From an uncultured candidatus Porisulfidus sp. (GTDB lineage: Bacteria; Pseudomonadota; Gammaproteobacteria; Poriferisulfidales; Poriferisulfidaceae), in NCBI GenBank assembly GCA_965204575.1, contig OZ241993.1:1312001-1376000 (forward strand): a DNA stretch of 64,000 nt, in the 5' to 3' direction. Shown here one piece after another: positions 9,498-21,679 of this stretch. How positions within the stretch are numbered: the stretch's first letter is position 1; every line of letters begins with the position of its first letter. The notes below the pieces were generated by a model. That model did not search any database. It worked only from the letters and a program-made list of their open reading frames with translations, and had not been told where the DNA came from. The translations under genes were made by a program, and so were the position numbers.

Positions 9498-10050
9498 AGC
9501 GGCCGTGCAGGATCAGCCAGTGGTGGGCATCCTTGAGGAACGGCCCGGGGACCTGCCGCATCAGGCCGTCTTCCACCTCGCGCACGGTCCGCCCGGGGGC
9601 GATGCCGATCCGGTTGCTGACCCGGAAGATGTGGGTGTCCACCGCGATCACGGGCTCGCCGAACGCGGTGTTGAGAATCACGTTCGCGGTCTTCCGCCCG
9701 ACACCGGGCAGCGCCTGCAGGGCCTCGCGGGTCTGCGGGACCTGGCCACCGTGCTGCTCGACCAATGCGCGGCAGGTGGCGATGATGTTGGCGGCCTTGC
9801 TGTTGTGCAGGCCGATGGAGCGGATGTAGGGCTTGAGGCCGGCGACGCCGAGCGCCAGGATGGATTTCGGGGTGCGTGCGCGGGCAAACAGCTTGCGCGT
9901 CGCCTTGTTGACTGCGACGTCCGTGCATTGGGCGGACAGGATGACGGCGATGAGCAGTTCGAACGCGCTGCGGTAACGCAGTTCGGTGGTCGGCTCCGGG
10001 CGCAGTTTCCGGAAGCGGCGAAAAATCCGCGCGCACTGGCGCGTGTCCAT
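9418..10050 (-). CDS. nth: Endonuclease III
   Basis: ATG 10050; LSAQCTD, HhH LPGVGRKTA, AVDTH, C-x6-C-x2-C-x5-C cluster motif. Confidence 0.95.
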   Translation of the reverse strand: MDTRQCARIFRRFRKLRPEPTTELRYRSAFELLIAVILSAQCTDVAVNKATRKLFARARTPKSILALGVAGLKPYIRSIGLHNSKAANIIATCRALVEQHGGQVPQTREALQALPGVGRKTANVILNTAFGEPVIAVDTHIFRVSNRIGIAPGRTVREVEDGLMRQVPGPFLKDAHHWLILHGRYTCTARNPKCPECGISDLCEWPERRL

Positions 10051-10454
10051 CAGCGGGGCGGTACCGTGCGGCCGAGCGCACGACCGACGGCCTCCCGGAT
10101 CGCGGCCTGTCGCGCCTCGGTGCTGCCGTCCCGGAATCGGGCGTGCGCCGACTGCAACTGCCGCTCTTGGGCATCGCGCAGCACGGTCAGGCGCTGCCGG
10201 CGCCGCCGGGCCCGGTCGCGGGCCCGGAGACGGTAGTCGTGGTTGCGGGGCGGGTGCTCCGGATCCGGTTGCAGGGAGATGCAGTCGACGGGGCAGGCCG
10301 GAAGGCACAAGGCGCATTCCGTGCACAGGTCCGGGAGTATGCGGTGGGCCTTCTGCGCGAGACCGGCGATGGCATCGAACGGGCAGGCGTCGATGCACAG
10401 GGCGCAGCCCACGCACTGCGCTTGGGCGATCCAGGCAACCCGGCTGGCGCTCAC
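10050..10454 (-). CDS. RnfB/RsxB-like 2x[4Fe-4S] ferredoxin, short form
   Basis: GTG 10454 overlaps the metG stop; [12 protein letters not shown] and [16 protein letters not shown]; C-terminus resembles RsxB tails. Confidence 0.8.
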   Translation of the reverse strand: MSASRVAWIAQAQCVGCALCIDACPFDAIAGLAQKAHRILPDLCTECALCLPACPVDCISLQPDPEHPPRNHDYRLRARDRARRRRQRLTVLRDAQERQLQSAHARFRDGSTEARQAAIREAVGRALGRTVPPR

Positions 10455-12448
10455 CGGATCTTCATGCCCGGCTGCGCGCCCTCGTCCAGCGTCAGCAGCC
10501 ACATGCCCTCGTCGTCCCCCGCGGCCAGGATCATGCCTTCGGAAGTCCCGAAGCGCATCTGGCGCGGTTCCAGGTTGGCGACCACCGCGACCAGGCGGCC
10601 CTGCAACTGCTCCGGCGTGTAGGCGGCACGGATGCCGGCGAAGACCTCGCGCCGTTCACCGCCGAGGTCCAGGGTGAGCGCCAGCAGCCGGTCGGCGCCT
10701 TCGACCTCGCGGGCCTCCGCGATCCGGGCGACCCGGAGATCGACCTTGGCGAAGTCTTCGTAGGGAATGGTGTCGGATTGCGCGGGCTCGGGCGGCGGCG
10801 CGCTTGAGGATTTGGTTTCTTCGATCATGGCTTGGACGGATTTCGGGTCGATGCGGGTGGACAGGGGGGTGAACGGGCGGACCGGGCAGTCTAGTTGCGG
10901 TGTCTGGTGGGCGGCCCAGTCGAGCGGGCCGCAGTCGAGAAAGGCCTCGCTCTTGGCCGCCAGCGCGGGCAGCACCGGTTTCAGGTAGATGACCAGCACC
11001 CGGAACAGGTTGAGGCCCTGGGTGCAAACCGCCCAGGCCTGCTCGCGGGTGGCGGCGTCGCGCACCGTCTCCCAGGGCTTTTGCTGGCTGAGGTACTGGT
11101 TGGCGCGGTCGGCCAGCGCCATGATGTCGCGCATGGCGTGGGAGAAGCGCCTCGCCTCGTAGTGTTCGGCCAGGCCGTCGGCGGCTGCGGCGAAATCCTC
11201 GAACATCGCGGGTTCCGGGAGCTGCTTTGCGAGCCGCCCGCCGAACTGCTTCTCGATGAAGCCGGCGCAGCGGCTGGCGATGTTGACGACCTTGCCGACC
11301 AGGTCGCTGTTGACCCGGGTGACGAAGTCGTCCAGATTGAGGTTGATGTCGCTGATGTCGGGCGAAAGCTTGGCCGCGAAGTAGTACCGCAGATGCTCCG
11401 GGTCGAGGTGGCGCAGGTAGGTGCGGGCCTCGATGAAGGTGCCGGTGGACTTCGACATCTTCTCGCCGTTGATGGTCAGGAAGCCGTGGCACCACACCGC
11501 GTTCGGGGCCCGGTACCCGGCACCGTGCAGCAGGGCGGGCCAGAACAGGGTGTGGAAGTAGGCGATGTCCTTGCCGATGAAGTGGTACAGCTCGATCTCG
11601 CTGTCGGCGGCCCAGTACTTGTCGAAGTCGAGGCCGCGTTCCCGGCACAGGTTCAGGTGGCTGGCCATGTAGCCGATTGGCGCGTCGAGCCAGACGTAGA
11701 AGTACTGGTCGGGGGAGCCCGGGATCTCGAAGCCGAAGTAAGGCGCGTCGCGGCTGATGTCCCAGTCGCGCAACCCGGCTTCGAACCATTCATCGAGCTT
11801 GTTCTTGATTTCCGGCTGCACGCCGCCGTGCGTGGCCCACTGTTTCAGGAAGTCGGTGAAGTCGCCCAGCCGGAAGAACAGGTGTTCGGTCTCCCGCAGT
11901 TCCGGGGCCGCGTCGCTGAGCGTCGAGCGCGGGTTGCCGAGTTCGGTCGAATCGTAGGTCGCGCCGCACTGCTCGCAGGCATCCCCGTACTGGTCTTCGG
12001 CGCCGCAGCGCGGGCAGGTGCCGCGCAGGTAGCGGTCGGAGAGGAACAGCCCGGCGACCGGGTCGAAGAATTGCGAGATCGTCTTGCGCCGGATGTGGCC
12101 GGCCTCGGACAGGGCCTCGAAGATGCCGCAGGACAGCCGGCGGTTTTCTTCGCTGTGCGTGCTGTGGTAGCGGTCGAAGTCGATCAGGAAATCAGCGAAA
12201 TCCTCGCGGTGCTGCCGGCCGATCTCCTCGATCAACTGCTCCGGGCTGATGCCGCGCTGTTGCGCGAGCAGCATGATCGGCGTGCCGTGCGCGTCGTCCG
12301 CGCAGACGTAGAGGCAGTCCTCGCCGCGCAGGCGCTGGTAGCGCGCCCAGATGTCGGTCTGCAGGTATTCCACCAGGTGGCCGAGATGGATCGGCCCATT
12401 GGCGTAGGGCAGGGCGCTGGTGACCAGGATGCGGCGCGGGGAGGACAT
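10451..12448 (-). CDS. metG: Methionine-tRNA ligase
   Basis: [15 protein letters not shown], Zn knuckle, KMSKS, C-terminal tRNA-binding domain. Confidence 0.97.
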   Translation of the reverse strand: MSSPRRILVTSALPYANGPIHLGHLVEYLQTDIWARYQRLRGEDCLYVCADDAHGTPIMLLAQQRGISPEQLIEEIGRQHREDFADFLIDFDRYHSTHSEENRRLSCGIFEALSEAGHIRRKTISQFFDPVAGLFLSDRYLRGTCPRCGAEDQYGDACEQCGATYDSTELGNPRSTLSDAAPELRETEHLFFRLGDFTDFLKQWATHGGVQPEIKNKLDEWFEAGLRDWDISRDAPYFGFEIPGSPDQYFYVWLDAPIGYMASHLNLCRERGLDFDKYWAADSEIELYHFIGKDIAYFHTLFWPALLHGAGYRAPNAVWCHGFLTINGEKMSKSTGTFIEARTYLRHLDPEHLRYYFAAKLSPDISDINLNLDDFVTRVNSDLVGKVVNIASRCAGFIEKQFGGRLAKQLPEPAMFEDFAAAADGLAEHYEARRFSHAMRDIMALADRANQYLSQQKPWETVRDAATREQAWAVCTQGLNLFRVLVIYLKPVLPALAAKSEAFLDCGPLDWAAHQTPQLDCPVRPFTPLSTRIDPKSVQAMIEETKSSSAPPPEPAQSDTIPYEDFAKVDLRVARIAEAREVEGADRLLALTLDLGGERREVFAGIRAAYTPEQLQGRLVAVVANLEPRQMRFGTSEGMILAAGDDEGMWLLTLDEGAQPGMKIR

Positions 12449-12579
12449 CGGACGAGAGGCAATCCAAAGGGTCATTGTAGCGGGGGCGGGCCGCGCAGGA
12501 AGGCAATGGCTGGCGGGGGCCGCCCGTATAATGAAAGGACGCAGGACGCGGAACACACATTAATTAAGGAGATTCGACG

Positions 12580-13668
12580 ATGACGCTCAGCAGGGAGCAG
12601 GTCGAGGACGCGCTCAAGGACGTGCAGGACCCCGGTTCCGGCCAGGACCTGGTGGCGGCCCGGGCGCTCGAGAACGTGACGGTGGACGGCGATGCGGTCC
12701 AGGTCGCAATCCGGCTGGGTTACCCGGCCAAGGGAATCCGGGACGAGTTGGCGCAGGCCGTCGAGGCGCGCCTGGCGCAGCTGGGCGGCGGGACCCGGAT
12801 CGAGATCGAGGTGGACTGGGAGATCCAGGCGCATTCGGTGCAGAAGAACCTCAAGCCGCTGGAAAACATCAAGAACGTGCTGGCGGTCGCCTCCGGCAAG
12901 GGCGGCGTCGGCAAGTCCACCACGGCGATCAACCTGGCGCTGGCGCTGTCCGAGGAAGGGGCCTGCGTCGGTGTGCTGGACGCGGACATCTACGGGCCGA
13001 GCCAGCCGCGCATGCTCGGCATCTCCGGGCAGCCCGAGTCGCAGGACGGCAAGAGCCTGGAGCCGATGATGAGCCACGGCCTGCAGTCCATGTCGATCGG
13101 GTTCCTGATCGACGAGGAAACGCCGATGATCTGGCGCGGGCCGATGGTGACCCAGGCGCTGGAGCAGTTGCTCGGCGACACCCGCTGGCGGGGCCTCGAC
13201 TACCTGGTGGTGGACCTGCCGCCGGGAACCGGCGACGTGCAGCTGACGCTGGCGCAGAAGATCCCGGTCAGCGGCGCGATCATCGTGACCACGCCGCAGG
13301 ACATCGCCCTGCTGGATGCGCGCAAGGGCCTGAAGATGTTTCGCAAGGTCGAAGTGCCGGTGCTCGGCGTGGTGGAGAACATGAGCCTGCACATCTGCAG
13401 CCAGTGCGGGCACGAGGAACCGATCTTCGGCGAGGGCGGCGGCGAGAGCCTGGCCCGCGAGAGCGACGTGGAACTGCTCGGCCAGTTGCCGCTGGACCGG
13501 CGCATCCGGGAGGAAACCGACAGCGGGAAGCCGACCGTGGTGGCCGATCCGGACGGCCGGATCAGCCAGATCTACCGGGACATCGCCCGCCGCGCAGCCG
13601 CCCGGCTGGCGGCTCTGGCGAAAGACTACAGCGCCAGGTTCCCGCGCATCGTCATCCAGAACGACTGA
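12580..13668 (+). CDS. apbC: Fe-S cluster carrier ATPase Mrp/ApbC
   Basis: [30 protein letters not shown]..CxxC. Confidence 0.95.
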   Translation: MTLSREQVEDALKDVQDPGSGQDLVAARALENVTVDGDAVQVAIRLGYPAKGIRDELAQAVEARLAQLGGGTRIEIEVDWEIQAHSVQKNLKPLENIKNVLAVASGKGGVGKSTTAINLALALSEEGACVGVLDADIYGPSQPRMLGISGQPESQDGKSLEPMMSHGLQSMSIGFLIDEETPMIWRGPMVTQALEQLLGDTRWRGLDYLVVDLPPGTGDVQLTLAQKIPVSGAIIVTTPQDIALLDARKGLKMFRKVEVPVLGVVENMSLHICSQCGHEEPIFGEGGGESLARESDVELLGQLPLDRRIREETDSGKPTVVADPDGRISQIYRDIARRAAARLAALAKDYSARFPRIVIQND

Positions 13669-13670
13669 CC

Positions 13671-14237
13671 GTGGGCGTCAAGTCGGACCGCTGGATTCGG
13701 CAGATGGCCGGACAGGCCCGCCTGATCGAGCCGTTCGAGCCGAACCAGATCAGCCAAGCCGATAACGACCGGGTCATTTCCTACGGTACCTCGAGCTACG
13801 GCTACGACGTCCGCTGCTCCACGCACTTCAAGATCTTCACCAACATCAATTCCGCGATGGTGGACCCGAAGCAGTTCGCGGAGGACAGTTTCGTGGACTA
13901 CGAGGGCGACGTGTGCATCATTCCGCCGAACTCGTTCGCCCTGGCCAGCACCGTCGAATACCTGCGGGTGCCGCGCCAGGTGCTGGTGGTCTGCCTCGGC
14001 AAGTCCACCTATGCGCGCTGCGGCATCATCGTCAACGTCACCCCGCTGGAGCCGGAGTGGGAGGGGCACATCACGCTGGAGTTCTCGAACACGACGCCGC
14101 TGCCGGCGAAGATCTACGCCAACGAGGGCGTGGCGCAGCTGGTGTTCTTCGAGACGGACGAGCCGTGCGAGACCTCGTACGCGGACCGCGGCGGCAAGTA
14201 CCAGCAGCAGACCGGCGTCACCCTGCCGCGGGCCTGA
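13671..14237 (+). CDS. dcd: dCTP deaminase
   Basis: GTG 13671; [27 protein letters not shown]. Confidence 0.95.
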   Translation: MGVKSDRWIRQMAGQARLIEPFEPNQISQADNDRVISYGTSSYGYDVRCSTHFKIFTNINSAMVDPKQFAEDSFVDYEGDVCIIPPNSFALASTVEYLRVPRQVLVVCLGKSTYARCGIIVNVTPLEPEWEGHITLEFSNTTPLPAKIYANEGVAQLVFFETDEPCETSYADRGGKYQQQTGVTLPRA

Positions 14238-14240
14238 GGC

Positions 14241-14495
14241 GTGAAAGTCCCGACACCACTGCGGCGCATCGTCGTGCTGATCGTCGGGGGGACGGTGCTG
14301 CTGACCGGGCTGGTCATGCTGGTCACGCCGGGGCCGGGACTGGTGGTGATCCTGGTCGGGCTGGCGACGCTGGCCAGCGAATTTCCCTGGGCGCGCCGGT
14401 TGCTGACCCGCGTCCGCGAGGAGGCGGGCAGCCGGGGCCGGCAGGCCGGCGGTTGGTGGCGGCGCCTGCGGGGCCGGGGTTCCTCCGGTTCATGA
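14241..14495 (+). CDS. PGPGW-family small membrane protein
   Basis: Two hydrophobic helices around TPGPG, followed by LASEFPWARR. Confidence 0.8.
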   Translation: MKVPTPLRRIVVLIVGGTVLLTGLVMLVTPGPGLVVILVGLATLASEFPWARRLLTRVREEAGSRGRQAGGWWRRLRGRGSSGS

Positions 14496-14768
14496 CAGGG
14501 GAGTGAACGGCGCGGTCCACTGACCGCACGCGTCGGGTGTTTAGCTTCAAGATCATCCTCCGGATGATCCCGCAGCCCTTCAGGCTCTCGTCGGAAGAGC
14601 CCCGCCCGAACTGTGCAGGCCGGGGTATGGTATGATTTGGCCGCTCAGTTCGCAAACAAATTTCTGATAAGAGGAGAAGCCGTGAATAGGCATTCTATGT
14701 CTGGGCGGTTCCTGCCGTGCATATTGCGGCGTTCAGACTCTCCCTCCCTTCTGAAGATTCGCGCTTGA

Positions 14769-15944
14769 TGCAGGCTGAGGGACAAGAACGGCCCCTATAG
14801 CGACACGGTCGTCTACGGACAAGGGCGTCTCGACCTGGACGCGGCATCGCGACCGGTGGGCGGGACCAACTTCGCGTTGGGTGCCTTGGACAAGGGTCAG
14901 GTCTTGACGACCGCCGGGGCCCGGGTCACCTTGCCGCGCAAAGCCATCAATCGACACCTCCGCGGCCACTCCCTCCTTGTCTTGGACGGCTACCAGCGGG
15001 CCCCCTTCAAAGTCAGCCTGGACGCTTTCGCGGAACCTTGGAGCCACTATCTCTCGATGGACGACTTCGCTTTCGCACCGCGCCGCCATCGTCGCGATGA
15101 ACGGGCCGGGTACGCGACCGTCTCGATGACCGGAAACGGTCTCTGGGCACAGGGCCTTTCGAAAAAAGATCAGTTCCTCGGTTTCGGCCGGGGCGCGGAT
15201 GTGGCGCAAGGCCTGATGCGTTTGGCCGGAACCTCGCTTTCGGTCACGGGCTATCGGATGTCGGAAAATGCCGCCGGGGCCATCTTGGGACTTTCTGGCG
15301 AATCCGGAGACTGGCATGCAGTCGTGGTTTCCGGTGCCGCCGAATCGGGCTGGCCGGGGTTCGGAGTTTCGGGCTGGAATCCAGAGACGGTACTAGCCGT
15401 GCAGTTTGTTCCCGGCGCAAATGTGTTCGGGGCCTCCTTCGCATCGGAACTCGACCGGCCGATGGGATGGAACGGCTCGGGAGCCTTGAAAGTCGAGGCC
15501 GACAGTTTCGAACTTGCTTGGAGGCGCAATCTCGCGGCTGATGGCGCCACCCGTCTCGACTTGACGAATCGTCTGACGCATCTCGCCGTGCGCGGCGACC
15601 CGTTGCTGCACTTCGATGACGCGCTGCTCGCCTCGACGGAGCTTGAGTTCTCGTTCCAGCCCGACCCTCTCGTTACGATCAAGACATGGTTGGGCGCGGA
15701 ACGTCCGGTCTCCACAGCCGCGGGACGCATTCGGGCCGCCACGTCCGTGGGTGAAAGCGGCCGGATTGCCTATCGGGACATCACGATCGACGGCCGGGAC
15801 CTCCTGGCCTTTGACAAGGCCGGCCTGAGCATCGGCTTCACGAATCACTCGGACACTTCCTTGGGCCTGGGCGTCACGGCGGTGCGGGACGGCTTCGGCA
15901 GGATGGAAACCTTGGCGGGGGTTCAGGTAGATCTCGCTTTCTGA
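14769..15944 (+). pseudogene. C-terminal remnant of an S8 subtilase / outer-membrane protein (catalytic domain missing)
   Basis: The frame opens after a TGA at 14766 with DKNGPYSDTVVYGQGRLDLDAASRPVG, resembling the end of an S8 domain; beta-rich remainder ends in Phe. Confidence 0.6.
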
Positions 15945-16107
15945 CGCGGCAGCGGACTACGCGCCGACTCGGCTTCTCTCCGGTGAATTTCAGGAAGGTG
16001 CCCGCCGACGGGCGGCACCAAACAAAAAAAATAGCTTGAATTTACACTGATATTGCTTTCTTTCGCCACAATAGACATATAAAAATATTTATGATATGGT
16101 TATCCAT

Positions 16108-16347
16108 ATGAAAACGACACTCAATATCGACGAGACCGTGATGCGGCAGCTAAAGGAAGAGGCCGCACGGCGCGGGACGACCATGTCCGCCCTTGTGGAA
16201 GCGGGGCTCAGGCGCATCCTCGCCGGGCCTTCCCGATCCAAGGGCAGACAGGCGGCCTCCCGGCGGTTGCCGACCTGGGACAGCGGGGGCTTTCGGGTCG
16301 ATGTCGCAAACCGCGAAGAGCTCTACCGGATGTTGGACGAAGAATAG
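16108..16347 (+). CDS. VapB-type RHH antitoxin
   Basis: MKTTLNIDETVMRQLK..AARRGTTMSALVEAGLR; directly upstream of a PIN gene. Confidence 0.85.
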   Translation: MKTTLNIDETVMRQLKEEAARRGTTMSALVEAGLRRILAGPSRSKGRQAASRRLPTWDSGGFRVDVANREELYRMLDEE

Positions 16348-16782
16348 GTGCGGGTTTTCGACACGAACATCCTGGTCTATGCGGCGGACCGGACATCGCC
16401 GTTTCACGCCCCCTGCCATGCCAGTGTCTTGCAGGCCTGCGAGGACCCGGTCCCGGCTTTCCTCACCTGGAACGTTTGCTACGAATTTCTGCGGGTCACC
16501 ACGCACGCACGCGCATCCCGGTCGCCCTGGACATCTGAGAAGGCCTGGGGATTCCTCAGGTCCTTGCTGGAATCGCCTGGGTTTGACCTGCTGCTGGCGA
16601 CGCCTCGGCACGAGGCGGTGCTGGCGCAAACCTTGGAGGAGTTGCCGGACGTGCGCGGGAATCTGTGCCACGACCTGAACACTGCGGTGTTGATGCGGGA
16701 GCATGGAATCAGCCAGATCTGCACGCGCGACACCGACTTTCATCGGTTCCCGTTCCTTGCCGTGATCGACCCCCTGCGATGA
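16348..16782 (+). CDS. vapC: VapC PIN-domain toxin
   Basis: FDTNILVYA, EFLRVTTH, HD, TRDTDF. Confidence 0.9.
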   Translation: MRVFDTNILVYAADRTSPFHAPCHASVLQACEDPVPAFLTWNVCYEFLRVTTHARASRSPWTSEKAWGFLRSLLESPGFDLLLATPRHEAVLAQTLEELPDVRGNLCHDLNTAVLMREHGISQICTRDTDFHRFPFLAVIDPLR

Positions 16783-16924
16783 GGATGCGTGCTCCTGCGA
16801 CAGGGAAGCACATGGGCCGCTGGTGGCGCCGCTTGCGGGACCGGGACCCGGAACAGCCGCGAGCGATGGGTCGCCTTCGGTACAATGCGGCGGGCGGATT
16901 GCCCGGAACGTGACGAACCGCTAA

Positions 16925-18223
<1,299 letters not shown>

Positions 18224-18242
18224 CGGCCGGAGGTCCTCCGCG

Positions 18243-18572
18243 ATGCGCGTGCTGATCTGGTTGATGACGGCGCTGCTCGGAGCGCTGCTGTACTTGCTGG
18301 TGGCCGGCGATGGGGGCCTGCTGAGCCTGTGGGATCAAGCGGGAGAGGTTCAGCGACTGAAGGAAGAGAATGAAAAACTGGCTGAACGCAACCGCATCCT
18401 GTCGGCGGAGCTGGAGGATCTGCGCTCCGGGCTGGAAGGGATCGAGGGCCTGGCGCGGGACCGTCTCGGCATGATCCGGGAAGGCGAAGAGTTCTACCAG
18501 TTGGTCGGGCCCGAGGTCGGAGAGGATCCGGTCGAACCGGTCGTTCCCGCGCCGGTGCCCGAGGTGCCGTGA
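18243..18572 (+). CDS. ftsB: Cell division protein FtsB
   Basis: TM helix, coiled coil, AR..LGMI..GE motif; eno-ftsB-ispD synteny. Confidence 0.9.
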   Translation: MRVLIWLMTALLGALLYLLVAGDGGLLSLWDQAGEVQRLKEENEKLAERNRILSAELEDLRSGLEGIEGLARDRLGMIREGEEFYQLVGPEVGEDPVEPVVPAPVPEVP

Positions 18573-18589
18573 GGGCGAGCGAAGCGGTC

Positions 18590-19294
18590 ATGAAAGAAGT
18601 ACATGCAGTCGTGGCAGGGGGCGGTTCCGGTTCCCGCTTCGGTAGCGCCAAGTGGGATGCACCGCTTGGAGAGCGGCGGATGCTGGACTATGCGGTGCGG
18701 CCGTTCGCGATGTGTCACCCGACGGTCCGGAGCATTACCTTGTTGTTGCCGGAGTCGGCGCTCGGCGGCGAACCGCCGCGGCTTCCGGCGGCGGTGGCAT
18801 TCCGGGAATTGTCCGGCGGGGCGACCCGGGCCGACAGCGTCCTGCGCGGGCTGGAGGCCGTGCGGCAGGATGCAGGGGAAGATGCCTGGGTGCTGGTGCA
18901 CGATGTCGCACGGCCCTGCGTCTGGCAGTCGGATGTCGAAAAGTTGCTGAGCGAGGCCGATGCGGACGGGGGTTTGCTGGCGGTGCCGGTGACCGACAGC
19001 GTCAAGCGCGCCGAGGGCGACCGGGTCGCGAAGAGCGAGGACCGGCAAGTGTTGTGGCGGGCGCAGACGCCGCAGTTGTTCGAACTGGCCGCGCTGCATC
19101 GCTGCCTGCGCCGGGCGCTGGAGGAGGGCGCGGAAGTGACCGACGAATCGCAGGCAATGGAGCGTGACGGCTACCGGCCGCGCCTGGTCACCGGTCGCGA
19201 GGATAATATAAAGGTGACATGGCCCGAAGACCTTGCCCGGGCCGAGTCGATTTTGCAACAGGATCCGGATCATGCGTATTGGACACGGTTATGA
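18590..19294 (+). CDS. ispD: 2-C-methyl-D-erythritol 4-phosphate cytidylyltransferase
   Basis: GGATRADSV, VHDVARP, AQTPQ, TDES, NIKVT. Confidence 0.93.
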   Translation: MKEVHAVVAGGGSGSRFGSAKWDAPLGERRMLDYAVRPFAMCHPTVRSITLLLPESALGGEPPRLPAAVAFRELSGGATRADSVLRGLEAVRQDAGEDAWVLVHDVARPCVWQSDVEKLLSEADADGGLLAVPVTDSVKRAEGDRVAKSEDRQVLWRAQTPQLFELAALHRCLRRALEEGAEVTDESQAMERDGYRPRLVTGREDNIKVTWPEDLARAESILQQDPDHAYWTRL

Positions 19295-19748
19295 CATTCA
19301 CGCGTTCACCGCCGGGGATGGTCTCTGGCTCGGTGGTGTGCGCATCGAACACGATCAGGGCGTGGCGGCCCATTCCGACGGCGACGTGGTGCTGCACGCG
19401 TTGATGGATGCCCTGCTCGGGGCGGCGGGATTGGGGGACATCGGGCAGCATTTCCCGGACCATGACGCCCGCTACCGCGATGCCGCGAGCGGCGACTTGC
19501 TGCAGGACGTATTGCAGCAGATCCGGGCGCAGGGCCTGAGCGTGGTCAATGTCGATGTCACGGTCATCGCACAGGCTCCCCGGCTTGGGCCGCACCGCGA
19601 GGCCATGGTCCGATCGATGGCTCAACTGCTGCAGTTGGACGAGAATCGGGTCAACCTCAAGGCGACCACGCATGAAGGCCTCGGCGCGCTGGGCAAGGGC
19701 GAAGGCATTGCCGCGCATGCCGTGGCGCTGCTTGAGGACGTCGACTGA
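19272..19748 (+). CDS. ispF: 2-C-methyl-D-erythritol 2,4-cyclodiphosphate synthase
   Basis: MRIGHGYDIH, HSDGDV, GDIG.HFP, KATT.E. Confidence 0.95.
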   Translation: MRIGHGYDIHAFTAGDGLWLGGVRIEHDQGVAAHSDGDVVLHALMDALLGAAGLGDIGQHFPDHDARYRDAASGDLLQDVLQQIRAQGLSVVNVDVTVIAQAPRLGPHREAMVRSMAQLLQLDENRVNLKATTHEGLGALGKGEGIAAHAVALLEDVD

Positions 19749-19750
19749 CC

Positions 19751-21679
19751 GTGTCGACACCGGAGTTCGACGCGAAAACCTGTTTCGGTAGCGACGGGCA
19801 GTTGGCCCGGGAGGTCCACGGCTACCGACCACGTGAAGAACAAAGCGCCATGGCGGCGGCGGTGTGGGATACCTTGCACCGGGAGCGCACGCTGGCCGTT
19901 GAGGCGGGGACCGGGGTCGGCAAGACGTTTGCTTACCTGATGCCGGTACTGGCGTCCGGGCGCAAGACCTTGATCGCGACCGGCACCCGCCACCTGCAGG
20001 ATCAACTGTTCCGAAAGGATCTGCCGGTCGCGCTCAGGTCGATCTATGGTGCCACCGGTCGCCGGGTCTGTCTTCTGAAAGGCCGCGCCAACTACCTGTG
20101 CCTCCATCGATACCAGGCCTATGTGGCTGGCGACCTCGGCCGAAGCCCGGATGAACAGGTGGAAAGGCTGCAGGCGTGGGCGGACGACACCGACACCGGC
20201 GATTTGGCGGAACTCGACTGCCCCGAGGATGACCCGATCGTCCCGGCCATCACTTCGACACTGGAGAACTGCCTCGGGAAGAAGTGCCCGGAATACGAGG
20301 ACTGCTTCGTGATCCGGGCCCGCGAACGGGCGAGACGGGCGGACCTGGTGATCGCCAACCATCATTTGTTCGCGGCGGATCTGGCACTGCGCGAGGATTC
20401 GCTCGGCGAGCTGCTGCCGGAGTTCGAGGTGCTGGTGTTTGACGAGGCGCACAAACTGGCGGAAGTGCTGGAGATGTTCTGGAGCAGCCAGTTGAGCACC
20501 GCCAGGATTCAGCAGTTGTGCCGCGATGCGGAGACGGTGGCGCAGCGCGAACCGGACGGGAACCAGGCGTTGATCCTGTGTGCGCGCACGGTGCGTCAGG
20601 CCGTGAAGCAGGTGATGGCGCAGTTGCAGACGGCGCTGGAAGGGGCGGAGCCGGGCGATCGGGTCCCGCCACCGAAGGGATTTGCCGAATGGGTGCAGCC
20701 GCTGGTCTCCGCGCTGGAAGTGCTACGCAAGGAAGTCGAGGACCGTCGGCAGGACAATCCGGACATCGAAAACCTGTCCGAGCGCTGCGGGCGGCTGACG
20801 GAGGAACTGGCAGGTTGGCCGAGCGGAGAGGAGGATTGTTGTGAATACCTGAATCTCTTCCGGCAGGGGTTCACCCTGCATCAGGTGCCGATCGACATCA
20901 GCGGCATCTTCGCGCAGGCACGCACGCGGTACGCCCCCCGCTGGGTGTTCACGTCCGCGACCCTGTCCGTCGGCGGGGACTTCGACTATTTCATCCGAAA
21001 ACTCGGCCTCGGCGCGGAGACGGACACTCTGCAGCTCGACAGCCCTTTCGATTTCCAGGCGCAGACACTGTTGTACCTGCCGCCGGGCCTGCCGGACCCG
21101 CGCACCCCGGAGTACAACGAAACCATGCTCGAGGCCGTGCTCCCGCTGCTGGAGCAGTTGCGTGGCCGGACCTTCCTGCTGTTCACCAGCCTGCGTGCGA
21201 TGGAGGAAGCGGGGCAGTGGCTTGGGGGGCGCCTTGACTGCACGTTGCTCAAGCAGGGAGAGGCGCCGCGGCGGAAACTGCTGGAACGTTTCACCGAGCG
21301 GCCGGACGCCGTGCTGCTCGGCTCGATCGGGTTCTGGGAGGGCGTGGACATCCGCGGCTCCGCGCTCAGTTGCGTGATCATCGACAAGATCCCGTTCGTC
21401 TCGCACACGGACTTGCTCTATCAGGCCCGGATGAACGCGATCCGGGCGGCGGGCGGCGACCCGTTCCGGCAGTTGCAACTTCCTCGGGCCGCACTGATGC
21501 TGAAGCAGGGGGTGGGGCGGCTGATCCGCAGCGTGACGGATCAGGGCGTGGCCGTAATCGCCGACCCGCGGCTTCAGAGCCAATGGTACGGACGCCACCT
21601 CAGGGCCGGCTTGCCGGACATGCCGATCAGCACCGATCTTGGGCAGGCACTGGAATTCCTGCAGGAGCGGGTCGCATGA
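19751..21679 (+). CDS. yoaA: DinG/YoaA-family Fe-S helicase
   Basis: EAGTGVGKT, KGRANYLC, DEAH, FWEGVD, QGVGRLIR; next to tsaB. Confidence 0.88.
   Translation: MSTPEFDAKTCFGSDGQLAREVHGYRPREEQSAMAAAVWDTLHRERTLAVEAGTGVGKTFAYLMPVLASGRKTLIATGTRHLQDQLFRKDLPVALRSIYGATGRRVCLLKGRANYLCLHRYQAYVAGDLGRSPDEQVERLQAWADDTDTGDLAELDCPEDDPIVPAITSTLENCLGKKCPEYEDCFVIRARERARRADLVIANHHLFAADLALREDSLGELLPEFEVLVFDEAHKLAEVLEMFWSSQLSTARIQQLCRDAETVAQREPDGNQALILCARTVRQAVKQVMAQLQTALEGAEPGDRVPPPKGFAEWVQPLVSALEVLRKEVEDRRQDNPDIENLSERCGRLTEELAGWPSGEEDCCEYLNLFRQGFTLHQVPIDISGIFAQARTRYAPRWVFTSATLSVGGDFDYFIRKLGLGAETDTLQLDSPFDFQAQTLLYLPPGLPDPRTPEYNETMLEAVLPLLEQLRGRTFLLFTSLRAMEEAGQWLGGRLDCTLLKQGEAPRRKLLERFTERPDAVLLGSIGFWEGVDIRGSALSCVIIDKIPFVSHTDLLYQARMNAIRAAGGDPFRQLQLPRAALMLKQGVGRLIRSVTDQGVAVIADPRLQSQWYGRHLRAGLPDMPISTDLGQALEFLQERVA

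Noticed and set aside
9418-10416. 332-aa N-terminally extended Nth
   Set aside because: The extension overlaps the ferredoxin gene in another frame; Nth similarity starts at ATG 10050.
10895-12583. Long antisense and alternate-frame ORFs (e.g. 10895-12583 +, 47455-49464 -, 16709-18025 -, 37903-39324 +)
   Set aside because: Shadows of well-supported genes caused by high-GC codon bias; no motifs of their own.
15997-16031. Hairpin plus A-tract as the terminator of the subtilase remnant
   Set aside because: The U-tract would be on the minus strand where no gene ends, so its function is ambiguous.
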